Below, piece after piece: positions 38,861 to 48,960 of a DNA stretch of 64,000 nt; the stretch's first letter is position 1; each line of letters starts with the position of its first letter. The notes below the pieces were generated by a model that saw only the letters and a list, made by a program, of their open reading frames with translations, did not search any database and had not been told where the DNA came from. The DNA is from Chiloscyllium plagiosum (lineage: Eukaryota): NCBI RefSeq assembly GCF_004010195.1, contig NC_057718.1, positions 15,245,407 through 15,309,406 on the forward strand, in the 5' to 3' direction. The translations under genes and the position numbers were made by a program.

Positions 38861-40239
38861 ATAGGTTTCTCTGATCACCTGCTGCTTGGCATACAGGTAG
38901 TCATTCTCTTTAAACGTCAACAGGGTTTATCTCCGGGCTCAATGGTAAAATGGGGAGTATGCCATGCCATGAGATTATAGGTAACGTGTGAAGACAACTC
39001 TATTGTTGATGGCTCCCAGTATCCCTGGTTGAACCGTTAGATCTGTTTGAAATCTATCACAAATATAGTAATACATAACCCCAAAGTGCTATCCCTTGTC
39101 CTTACAAAGACTGTATAGTGATCACTCCTATCAATATTGTCATGGAAGGACTCATCTGTGACATTTAGATTGGTGAGGATGAGGTAAAGTAGGTTTTTCT
39201 TTCTTCTCTTACTGGCTCCCACTCAACCTACCACAGACCCAGTAGGTCAGTTATGTCGTTGGTTATTAATGGCACTATAGCCATTGACATCCCCAACTCA
39301 CACTATACTCAATGGTGAGTGTCTTTGTTACAAACTCCCAGGGCAGCTCCTGCCCAAATGTACACTACTATACAGCCACTTCTGGCTCTTTCTTGCCAAT
39401 AGGAAGGGACCTAGTGGATGACGGTGTCTGAAACATCATGAAGTACAGTTCCATGAGTATGACTACACAATATGGAAATACATTGCCTTTTTAAAATCGT
39501 GGACTGAAATGAGAAAGGGTACAATCTTAAACAAGAATGATTACTGGAGGATTGCAACAGGTCTTGAAGACACGCAATCTAACATGCATTGCAAATACAG
39601 TTTGCAAAATTACTGGTTCCAGCAGGTCTTGATGCTTGGTCACAGACAAGCTGGAGACAAACCAATGTGTGCATATGGAGCTTAACTTATTGGTCTATGG
39701 ATTAGCAAACAGTTAATGACAAAATAATGCCAGCCAACAATGTGATTGGTTATCACACAGCTGAGCAGCATGGGACTGAATAAGATATACTGAGAAGCCT
39801 TCAGGGTTCCCACCAGCTCTGGAACTCAGTACAGTAAAAGTTACTTGCAGCCTCAAGAAAACCGGTTTATTTTTCCTCCAATAGTTGCTGTGACTTTTAA
39901 GTAAAAATTTCAGAAACTTTTTAAAGAGGTGAACCAAACCAGCCCATGCCTCTGAAAACACCTGAAGACTGACTAAAATGAGAGAAACCTCAGAATCTTA
40001 TAGGTTCTATCAGATTAGACAGGATAAATGTAAGAAGGATGACCCCCCCCCCCCGTGACTGGGGAATCCAGAATCCAAGGGGCTATTTAGAACTGATGAG
40101 GAGAGATTATTTCCGAGTGGTGAGTCTGTGGAATGCTCTGTCCCAGAAACCATTGAATGTTCAGGGAGTTAGATATAGTTCTTAAAGATAAAAAGGAATC
40201 AAAGGATATGGAGAGAAGGCAGGAACTGGGCAATGATAT

Positions 40240-40542
40240 ATCTCACCCCTCTCTTTTTGGCAAGGAGCATTTATCGAGATTGTTACAAGAGTTTGGAACA
40301 GCATCATTAAATTGGAATAGTCTGTTAGGTTTTTGGATAGATTAAGTTATTCTGTATTCTGTTCTCTTTTGTGGACATTTTATTCAGTAATATTGCACAT
40401 AAATGCTGCTTTGTTTAAAAATAAGTGGTTGGGCCAGCTGCATTACTCCTGGAATATCCACTTACACCTGCTCAAAACAATTAGAAAAATTAGGGTCTGG
40501 GCTACTTTAAGTGTTTTGAGGGGGTCTGGCCTGGTCCATAAT
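40240..40542 (+). mobile_element. LTR 3' fragment (same family as 63276-63872)
   Basis: Ends ttttgaggggggtctggcctggtccataata, similar to the 63841-63872 end. Confidence 0.6.
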
Positions 40543-40628
40543 AGAGTCCTCACTCATACCTTCTGTCAACCTGAAAAAAAAATCAGGTAAATTGGGGAAT
40601 TCTGTATACTTTTTAAAATCTAAACTTT

Positions 40629-41632
40629 TGTGATGACTCAGAGTGGAACTGGACTTCCAGCTACTACCCCAGTGAGTCAAATCAGGTGCTGCTTTATTAT
40701 ACTGAACACAATGATGATGTGGCTTCAAGAGGTGTATTTTGGCCTGATTTCTTTGAAAGCAAGATCTGCTGACAGGTGCCAAGCAGTCTATAATGTGATA
40801 AACAACTTGTGACACATCTGAGTTCCTTGAAAAAGTTATATCAATAGAAGAATCCCGAGTGGGTGTGGTCAAGCTCTCCGATCCAGAATTTTAGTTAGTT
40901 TTCAGCAGTTGTTGCTGGGCTCTCAGCAGAATTAGAAGGCAGTGAATCTCTCCCAGCTGCTACACTGTCTCTGAATTGTCTTTTGACATTTTTTCCCTCC
41001 TGGATTGTCTCTCACACATTTCTGTAATCAGTTTTCTAAATTTGCCTTTTTGCCAAGGAGAGGACATAAGTCTAGGGTCAGAGGGGACAGATATAAAAGA
41101 GACCCAAGGGGTAACTTTTTCCACACAAGAGGGTGGTGCATGTATGGAATAAGCTGCTAGAGGAAGTGGTGGAAGCACCATTACAATTGCACCATTTGAA
41201 GGGCATTTGATTGGGTATATGAATAGGAAAAGTTTAGAGGGATGTAGGCCAAATGCTGGCAAATGGGACTAGATTAGGTTCGGATATCTGGTCAGCATGG
41301 GCAATTTGGACCAAAGGGTCTGTTTCTGTGCTGTATATCTCTATGACTTTTTTATGGGATGCTAACATATTGGAACAGTTAATTACTATTAGTTACTGTA
41401 TTTATTATTCGGTTAATTTCTCCAATGGGCTTAAGTTCTTCTTTCTTTTGTTGTATTTTAACTATCTGTTTGAATAGATTGTGTTTTGCTTAACATCAAG
41501 TTTGACCAACTGAATTGCATCTGGAACACAGCACTTGGCATTTACCTTAATTAAGAAGAGAAACAAAAAAAAAAAAATCAGGGTTTTGGCTACCTTAATA
41601 TATTTTGAGGGGGTGTGGTCTTATGCATAACA
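40629..41632 (+). mobile_element. Probable solo LTR with a CR1 3' end inserted at ~41060-41347
   Basis: TG...cataaCA termini and a 3' end shared with other LTRs here. The insert matches the CR1 tail at 12000-12300. Confidence 0.6.
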
Positions 41633-43102
41633 TGAGATATACCTCCCAATTTTTTCAGTAGGTCCTAGATGTTACTAAGAGGACTTCAGAGCCTACAGGC
41701 CAGGTTAACCATTGTTGTTCCTGATGCTTAGATCAATGCGAAATGGCCAGCTGCTTTTATTTTCCTTTTTGTAGACTTTGTAGCAGCTTCATACAATTGA
41801 ACAGCTTGCTGGACCATTTCAGGCAAAGGTGAAGAGCCAACCATTTGTTGCATCACAATTAAAAAAAAAACATTGATACAGTTACTTTAAGTTCCATCAG
41901 CAATGCAGTCGATTCTGAACCACACTCAACTGTATACATATTTCCCCTTGCACCTTCCTGAGCACAATTAGTGTTGGGCAAGAAATACTGGTAGTGCCAA
42001 AATGCCCACATTCCAAAAATAAAATGTAATAAACTCAAGTTCCTTAGTTTGGCTTCTGGGGTTTTTAAAGATGTGTTTATTTCGTTTAACTCCCCTGGTT
42101 TTAGTTAACATGCATATTCATTAAGATATCTCAAGTACATGCATGTGGTAGAAATCTGACTTGACATTTTCATATTTAAACATGCTAGGCATTTGTAGCA
42201 AATTGCTGTTCCACCAGATCTAAACAGTTTACCTATTCTGTGCTATTTTTAAACACAAAACAATATCAACCTGTCCAGTTAACATGTCCAACTTCGCTGT
42301 ACTTTTTTTCAAACTATTCAAATGAAGCAAGGGTGATGGGAGAAAAAGCATTTTACACAACAGTAGTTAGGGCAATGGAAATATAGGAGGAGTCAGGTTC
42401 AACTAAACATTCAGAAGGATATTGGATCATAATGGTGCTCAGGGATATGGGGAAAAAAGTCAGGGGATTGGCATTAAATAAGAGTCAATGCAGGCTTGAT
42501 GAGTCAAATGGCCTCCTTCAACACTAAGATCATTGTGAACTGGCTAACCCAACCAAAGCCTTATAACCACTCAGAGAATAGCTCTTCTGCTTCCAGATCC
42601 AGTTGATGCATTGAAGTTCTTTCAGAGATACTTGCTTCACTTTATCATACACCATGCCTGAATTAACATCACTAAATAAGATTCTGTAACTGGTTATCAC
42701 TAGCCCACGAGCTTGCACAGCACATTATGCCTGCCACATGCCCTGTGGTACAACAGTGACTACATTTGAAGAGTACTTCATACGCTGTAAAGTGCTTTGG
42801 GACTTCCTACGGTTGCTATGATCTATTTTTGTTTCTAACTTGCGAGTGTACAACACAAGTGAATAACGAGGCAATGCTCACAGATTACAACTTCAGGAAG
42901 AGGAGATTGTATTGTTGGTTATCCTGTCGTGTTCTAATATCTGTAACTCGCTCATGTACTGGGATCACACAAGGACATTTTTTTAGAAATCAGTAATACA
43001 CACAACATATACGCTTTGTACTGTGACAGCTTATATTATCTGATTATTGTGATAACACATTTCCAACGTGCAACATGCAGTAGGTCAGATATCCAAAGGT
43101 AC

Positions 43103-43263
43103 CTGGAAAGGCAGTGTTCACAGACGGAGCCCATGGCTTTCTTGGAGGGGATGTAAGTGTAGGGCGAAGCAGAGTAGAGGAGCTGCCCTGGGACTATAGC
43201 TCTGTTCGCCTTCAGTCCTTCTCCCCGGTGTCCACAACAGTTTCTCTGGAAATACCGCGCCAT
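43103..43263 (-). CDS. SMYD3: First coding exon of a SMYD-family SET/MYND histone-lysine methyltransferase, most similar to SMYD3
   Basis: MARYFQRNCCGHRGEGLKANRAIVPGQLLYSASPYTYIPSKKAMGSVCEHCLS(R): SET N-terminal RGxGLxA...PGxLL motif followed by the first MYND CxxC. Ends at a phase-2 donor CAG|GTACC, the position recalled for vertebrate SMYD2/3 exon 1. SMYD2 not fully excluded. Confidence 0.8.
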
Positions 43264-43415
43264 CGAGTCCCGCAACAGCTGATTTGGAATCTAGAGACAG
43301 GCGCCTTCTTAACGTCAGTTTCCTTCGCCCTGCCCCCCGACGTCGTACGTCTGACGCAAGCAGTGATGTCGCCATCATCACGTGGATGGCTTTTTTTATC
43401 TTCAGGTAGTCGAGT
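43264..43415 (-). promoter_or_regulatory. CpG-rich 5' UTR/proximal promoter of the SMYD gene
   Basis: Clearly CpG-dense unique sequence. E-box CACGTG 43379-43384, CRE-like TGACG at 43352 and 43313-43317(-), YY1-like ATGGCG 43370-43375(-). Confidence 0.65.
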
Positions 43416-43416
43416 T

Positions 43417-43905
43417 GAAAATCACACAACATCAGGTTATAGTCCAACAGGTTTAATTGGAAGCACTGACTTACTGAACTCCGCTCCTTCATCAGGTGGT
43501 TGTGGAGGACACAATTGTAAGGCACAGAATGAATAGCAAAAGTTTACAGTGTGATTTTGTCATAAATTCTGTGCCTTGCAATTGTGTCCTCCACAACCAC
43601 CTGATGAAGGAGTGGAGTTCCAAAACCTGTTGGACTATAATCTGGTGTTGTGTGATTTTTAACTTTGTACACCCCAGTCCAACACCGGCATCTCCAAATC
43701 ATGTAGTGGAGTTGGTATTGGCCTGGGGTGTACAAAATTAAAAATCACACAACATCAGGTTATAGTCCAACAGCTTTATTTGGAAGCAGTAGCTTTCAGA
43801 GCCTCACTCCTTCATCAAGTAGCTGTCTGAAGAAGGAGCAGCACTCCGAAAACTAGTGTTTCCAAATAAACCTGTTGGACCATAACCTGGTTTTATGTAA
43901 TTTTT
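43417..43905. mobile_element. Compound fold-back PLE element (family C): four alternating-orientation arms
   Basis: aaaatcacacaaca.caggttatagtccaacagg at ~43418 and ~43741; reverse complements ending ~43663 and ~43905. HHR-like cores at 43601 and 43827. Confidence 0.88.
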
Positions 43906-44062
43906 CTTAAGTCACATGAGATGCATACATGCATGTTGCGGTGCCATCTAACAAAGAACAAACCAAGTATCCCTTGATTATTGTTCTGCTCCAATGGAGA
44001 GAGCAACTAATAAAGAAACTGGAAAAAAATTCGTACATTAGCAACAAGTTGCTGGAGACAAG

Positions 44063-44262
44063 AAACAGAAATTGCTGAAAAATGTCAACAGGTCTGGCAG
44101 CATCTGTGGAGAGAAAACTGAGTTAACATTTCGTGTTCAGTGACCAGTTCACTGGGCATGAAATATTATTTGTGTATTCCATTCAGATGCTGCTAGATCT
44201 GTTGAGTTTCTCCAGCAACTTGTTTTTTTGGTTTCAGATCTTCAGCATCAGGCAGTTCTTTG
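44063..44262. mobile_element. Degenerate fold-back PLE-derived element (family B)
   Basis: aacagaaattgctg...caggtctggcagcatctgtggag faces cagatgctgctagatctgttgagtttctccagcaac. A related arm lies at 54077-54205. Confidence 0.7.
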
Positions 44263-44724
44263 TTTCATACTGTGATATAACAAGTGCTGAGATAAAAACA
44301 ATGACTGCAGATGCTGGAAACCAGATTCTGGATTAGTGGTGCTGGAAGAGCACAGCAATTCAGGCAGCATCCGAGGACAGGTGGAGGAGGCCCAGCACCT
44401 CCATATCCTCGGCAGAGTGGGAGGGGGAGTTGAAATGTTGAGCCACTGGGTGATTTGGTTGATTGATGTGGGTGTCTCTGAGATGTTCCCTAAAGCGCTC
44501 TGCTAGGAGGCGCCCAGTCTCCCCAATGTAGAGGAGACCGCATCGGGAGCAATGGATACAATAGATGATATTCGTGGATGTGCAGGTAAAACTTTGATGG
44601 ATGTGGAAGGCTCCTTTAAGGCCTTGGATGGAGGTGAGGGAGGAGGTGTGGGCACAGGTTTTACAGTTCCTGCGGTGGCAGGGGAAAGTGCCAGGATGGG
44701 AGGGGGGGTCGTAGGGGGGCGTGG

Positions 44725-45140
44725 NNNNNNNNNNNNNNNNNNNNNNNNNNNNNNNNNNNNNNNNNNNNNNNNNNNNNNNNNNNNNNNNNNNNNNNNNNNN
44801 NNNNNNNNNNNNNNNNNNNNNNNNNNNNNNNNNNNNNNNNNNNNNNNNNNNNNNNNNNNNNNNNNNNNNNNNNNNNNNNNNNNNNNNNNNNNNNNNNNNN
44901 NNNNNNNNNNNNNNNNNNNNNNNNNNNNNNNNNNNNNNNNNNNNNNNNNNNNNNNNNNNNNNNNNNNNNNNNNNNNNNNNNNNNNNNNNNNNNNNNNNNN
45001 NNNNNNNNNNNNNNNNNNNNNNNNNNNNNNNNNNNNNNNNNNNNNNNNNNNNNNNNNNNNNNNNNNNNNNNNNNNNNNNNNNNNNNNNNNNNNNNNNNNN
45101 NNNNNNNNNNNNNNNNNNNNNNNNNNNNNNNNNNNNNNNN
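44725..45140. other. Assembly gap
   Basis: Run of N. Confidence 1.
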
Positions 45141-45218
45141 GTACTCTATGCCACTCTCTCCCCACCCCTACCCTCCTCTAGCTTATCTCTCCATGCTTCA
45201 GGCTCTCTGCCTTTATTC

Positions 45219-45246
45219 CTGATGAAGGGCTTTTGCCCGAAACGTC
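45219..45246 (+). ncRNA. Minimal hammerhead ribozyme motif in PLE terminal repeat
   Basis: CTGATGA-A-GGGC-tttt-GCCC-GAAA-CGT-C; palindromic ACGT in place of helix III, GTC cleavage triplet. Confidence 0.75.
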
Positions 45247-45961
45247 GATTTTGCCTGTCCTCGGATGCTGCCTGAATTGCTGTGCTCTTCCAGCACCACT
45301 AATCCAGAATATAACAAGTGCTGGTCTTGCCAGATATCCTTGCATTCCGTAAATATTTGAAAAGCTGGCCTTCAGGCCTTGTAATATCTCCTGGTGACAT
45401 AACATGGATAAAACAAACACTACATGGTCCATCTGCAGGACTAAATAAAGTAGACAAACCACAGAAAAGAAGGTGGCAGAGCAAGCCATACCAGCCTGAA
45501 CCTTTTCTGCAAAGAGCTACTCTGGCCAGGCAAAGGAGACCCATGAAAAACATTGCCTGACTCACCCAGCCTCTCTGCATCTCAATTTGGTGTTGCAGTT
45601 GCATTATTGACTCCTGATTTGTTACAGTCAGATCCACAACAGAATCATAGAATTCTTACAATACGGAAAGAGGCCATTCAGTCCGTCATACCTGTTCTTG
45701 TTCTATTACCTATTGCCAATCTCCTGCCTTTCCCCCATTTCCCTGTGTACTATTTCTATTCAGGTAAGCATCCAATTCTCTTTTGAATGCCTCAACTGAA
45801 CCTGCCTCCACGACCTTTCCAGGCACTGCATTCCATACCCTAACCACCTGGTATGAAAAACATTTTTCTTACATCGCCCTTGCTTCATTTGCACAGTACT
45901 TTAAATTCATGCCCTCTTCCCCTTTCTTTTTGTTTTGAGTTGCAACAGCATCACACTATCT

Positions 45962-46222
45962 AAACTGTGTGTGTGGAGTTTGCACATTTTCCCCATGTCT
46001 GCAAAGTTTCCTCCGGGTGCTCCAGTTTCGTCCCACAATCTAAAGATGTGCAGGTTAGGTGAATTGGCCATGCTAAATTGCCCATCGTGTTCAGGGATGT
46101 GTAGATTAGGTGCATTAGTCAGGGGTAAATGTAGAGGAATAGGGTAGGAGAAAGGCTCTGGGTGGGTTACTCTTCAGAGGGTCAGTGTGGACTCGTTGGG
46201 CTGAATGGCCTGTTTGCCCACT
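45962..46222 (+). mobile_element. HE1-type V-SINE, 5'-truncated and diverged
   Basis: V-domain gtgtggagtttgcacatttt...aaagatgtgcaggttagg. Confidence 0.82.
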
Positions 46223-46257
46223 TCATCGCCTTATCACTGTTCTTTCGAAGTTCCACA

Positions 46258-46409
46258 CTGTCCACCTCACAGTTTGCAATCCAAGTTTAATGTCATGTAG
46301 AAATTTTGAAATTGTTCCCTCACACCAAGATCCCTGTTCACCTCACAGTTTGCAATCCAAGTTTAACGTCATGTAGAAATTTTGAAATTGTTCCCTCACA
46401 CCAAGATCC
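46258..46409. repeat. 76-bp tandem duplication
   Basis: ctgt(c/t)cacctcacagtttgcaatcc...cacaccaagatcc twice, with 2 differences. Confidence 0.9.
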
Positions 46410-46824
46410 ATATCATTATTTTATGTATACCTTGAAAAGCAAGGGTCCTAATACTGACTCCTGAAGAACTCTATTACAAACCTTCCTCCATTATTTGATT
46501 ATTTATTTTGCTCAATTCATCCCATACGTGTTCATACTTCACTCAAACCTCCACTACCCTACTTCAACAGAACATAACAGCATATTATTTTCTTGCATTC
46601 TCACGCATGATTAATCTCGCTTCCCTTAAATGCATTCTAATCATCACAACTAGTCCTTTATAGCAAGTTCCGTATCCTAGCTACTCTGTGTGACAAAGTT
46701 ACTCCTGAGTTCTTTGCAGGTTTGATTAGCAATTTTAAAAATATATTTATGGTTCCTAATTTTGCAACTTTCATTAAAAACACAAATATTTCCCGGTGTT
46801 CTGCTCTAAGACTTTTCTTGAAGA

Positions 46825-47300
46825 TGTCCCAGAGTCATTAAGTTATACAGCATGGGAACAGATGCTTTGGTCCAACTCATCCATGCCAACCAGGTTTCCC
46901 AAATGTAACAAGTCCCATTTGTTTGCATTTGGCCCATATCCCTCTAAACCCTTCCCATCACAAAAGAACTAGAAGCAGAAGTAGGCCACCTGGCCTTTTG
47001 AGCCTGCTCTGCCTTCAATAAGATCATGGCTGATCTTTTTGTGGCCTCAGCTCCACTTACTTGCCCTTCACCATAATCTTTCATTCCTTTACTGTTCAAA
47101 AAATTATCTATCTTAGCTTTAATCTCTTCACTGCACAGGGAATTCCATAGATTCACAACCTTCTGGGTGAAGAAATTACTTCTCAATTCAGTCCTCAGTC
47201 TGGTCCCCCTAATTTTGAGGCTCTGCCCTCTTGTCCTAGTTTCACCTGCCAGTAGAAACATTCACTCTACTTCTATCTCACCTATTTCCTTCATAATTCT
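46825..47300 (-). mobile_element. Two abutting CR1 3'-end fragments
   Basis: TRTRGQSLKIRG...FFTQKVVNLWNSL plus a second CR1 3' UTR type. Confidence 0.8.
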
Positions 47301-47301
47301 C

Positions 47302-48108
47302 TATGGATGTAGGCTTGCTCACTGAGCTGGAAGGTTGATTTTCAGACATTTCATCACCATAATAAGTAACATCTTCAGTCAGCCTCCAGATGAAGCACTA
47401 GTGGTGCTACCCGCTTTCTATTTATATGTTTGGGTTTCCTTGTGTTGGTGATGTCATTTCCTGTGGTGACTTCATTTCCTGTACTTTTTCTCAGAGGGAG
47501 GTAAATGGGATCCAGGTCAATGTGTTTGTTGATAGATTTCCTGTTGGAATGCTACACTTCCAGGAATTCTCGTGTGTGTCTCTGTTTGGCTTGTCCTATG
47601 ATGGATGTGTTGTCCCAGTCGAAGTGATATCCTTCCTCATCTGTATGTAAGGATACTACTGAGAGTGGGTCATGTCTTTTTTGTGGCTAGTTGATGTTCA
47701 TGTATCCTGGTGGCTAGTTTTCTGCCTGTTTGTCTAATATAGTGTTTGTTACAGTTCTTGCAAGGTATTTTGTAAATGACATTATTTTGCTTGTCTGTAA
47801 AGAGGCTTTCAAGTTAATTAGCTGCTGTTTTAGTGTGATGGTGGGTTTGTGGTCTACCATGATGCCAAGAGGTCTGAGTAGTCTGGCAGTAATTCTGAGA
47901 TGTCTTTGATGTAGGGGAGAGTGGCTAAGGTTACTGGTCTTGTTGTGTCTGTTTGTTGGGATTTGTTGCTGGAAATCGGCAGATGTGTTCATTGAGTACC
48001 ATTCTTTTGAATACACTGTATAGGTGATTTTCCTCTGCTCTGCATCGTTCCTCTGTGCTGCAATGTGTGGTGGCTTATTGAAATAATGTTGTAATGCAGC
48101 TTCGTTTG
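47302..48108 (-). mobile_element. Poseidon-like Penelope 3' fragment with GIY-YIG endonuclease relic and HHR-like motif (47345-47378)
   Basis: Minus strand reads VIYKIPCKNCNKHYIRQTGRKLATRIHEH...HFDWDNTSII...EFLE. Downstream CTGAAGA-T-GTTAC...GTGAT-GAAATGTC. Confidence 0.85.
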
Positions 48109-48960
48109 TGGTTCCTGTCTCATTACACAGGACCAGATCTAGGATAGCTTGCTCCCTCGTCGGCTCCATTATATACTGTTCAAGAAAATTATCGTGGATC
48201 CATTCAATGAACACCTCCTGACTGACCTGGTTTGACCAATTGACATGTTGATTTAAAAACCCCCATGATAATTGCTGTACCATTTTTACAGGCATTAGTT
48301 ATTTCTTAGTTATTGCCCGCTCCGATGTGATATTATGTGGCCTATAAACTACACCTATCAGTGACTTTTTCTTCTTAGAATTTCTAATTTCCACTGAAAT
48401 GAATTCAACCTTATTCTCCATAGAGCTGAAAAATGTGTTGCTGGAAAAGCGCAGCAGGTCAGGCAGCATCCAAGGAGCTGGAGAATCGACGTTTCGGGCA
48501 TAAGCCCTTCTGCACTACCTCGTGCTCCCACGAGGAGGTTGAACAGTTCATCCACTTTACTAACACCTTCCACCCCAACCTTAAAAACAAAGGGCTTATG
48601 CCCGAAACGTCGATTCTCCTGCTCCTTGGATGCTGCCTGACCTGCTGCGCTTTTCCAGCAACACATTTTTCAGCTCTGATCTCCAGCATCTGCAGTCCTC
48701 ACTTTCTCCTCCTTATTCTCCATAGAACCTATATCATCTCTCATCCCCTGCCCTGATGTCATCCTTAAATATCAGAGCTACACCACCTCCCTTATATTAT
48801 AACACTTATCTCCCTGTCTGTCCTTCCAAATAGTCTGATACCCCTGGATATTTAACTCCCAGTCGTGATCATCCTGCAACCATGTCTCCGCAATGGCTAC
48901 AAAATCATATTCAGTCGTGATGATCTATGCTGTTAACTCATCTACCTTGTTACGAATGCT
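48109..48960 (-). mobile_element. CR1 ORF2 N-terminal (APE endonuclease) relic
   Basis: FIEWIHDNFLEQYIMEPTREQAILDLVLCNE. Confidence 0.8.
48425..48710. mobile_element. Young fold-back PLE element (family A) with a PLE RT fragment as loop
   Basis: Near-identical inverted arms; the loop encodes TSCSHEEVEQFIHFTNTFHPNLK. 16-bp TSD ccttattctccataga at 48409-48424 and 48711-48726. Confidence 0.9.

Larger units (their letters stand above)
44290..45310. mobile_element. Neptune-type Penelope element with inverted termini, spanning a gap
   Basis: Minus 44382-44724 reads PCHRRNCKTCAH...FTCTSTNIIYCIHCSRCGLLYIGETGRLLAERFREH (Cys motif plus GIY-YIG). Inverted terminal arms. 15-bp TSD atataacaagtgctg at 44275-44289 and 45309-45323. 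Confidence 0.9.

Noticed and set aside
43114..43536. 140-aa plus-strand ORF
   Set aside because: Antisense to the SMYD exon and runs into a repeat; no recognisable domain.
44503..45275. Long ORFs of 184-220 aa
   Set aside because: Artefacts of translating through the N gap.
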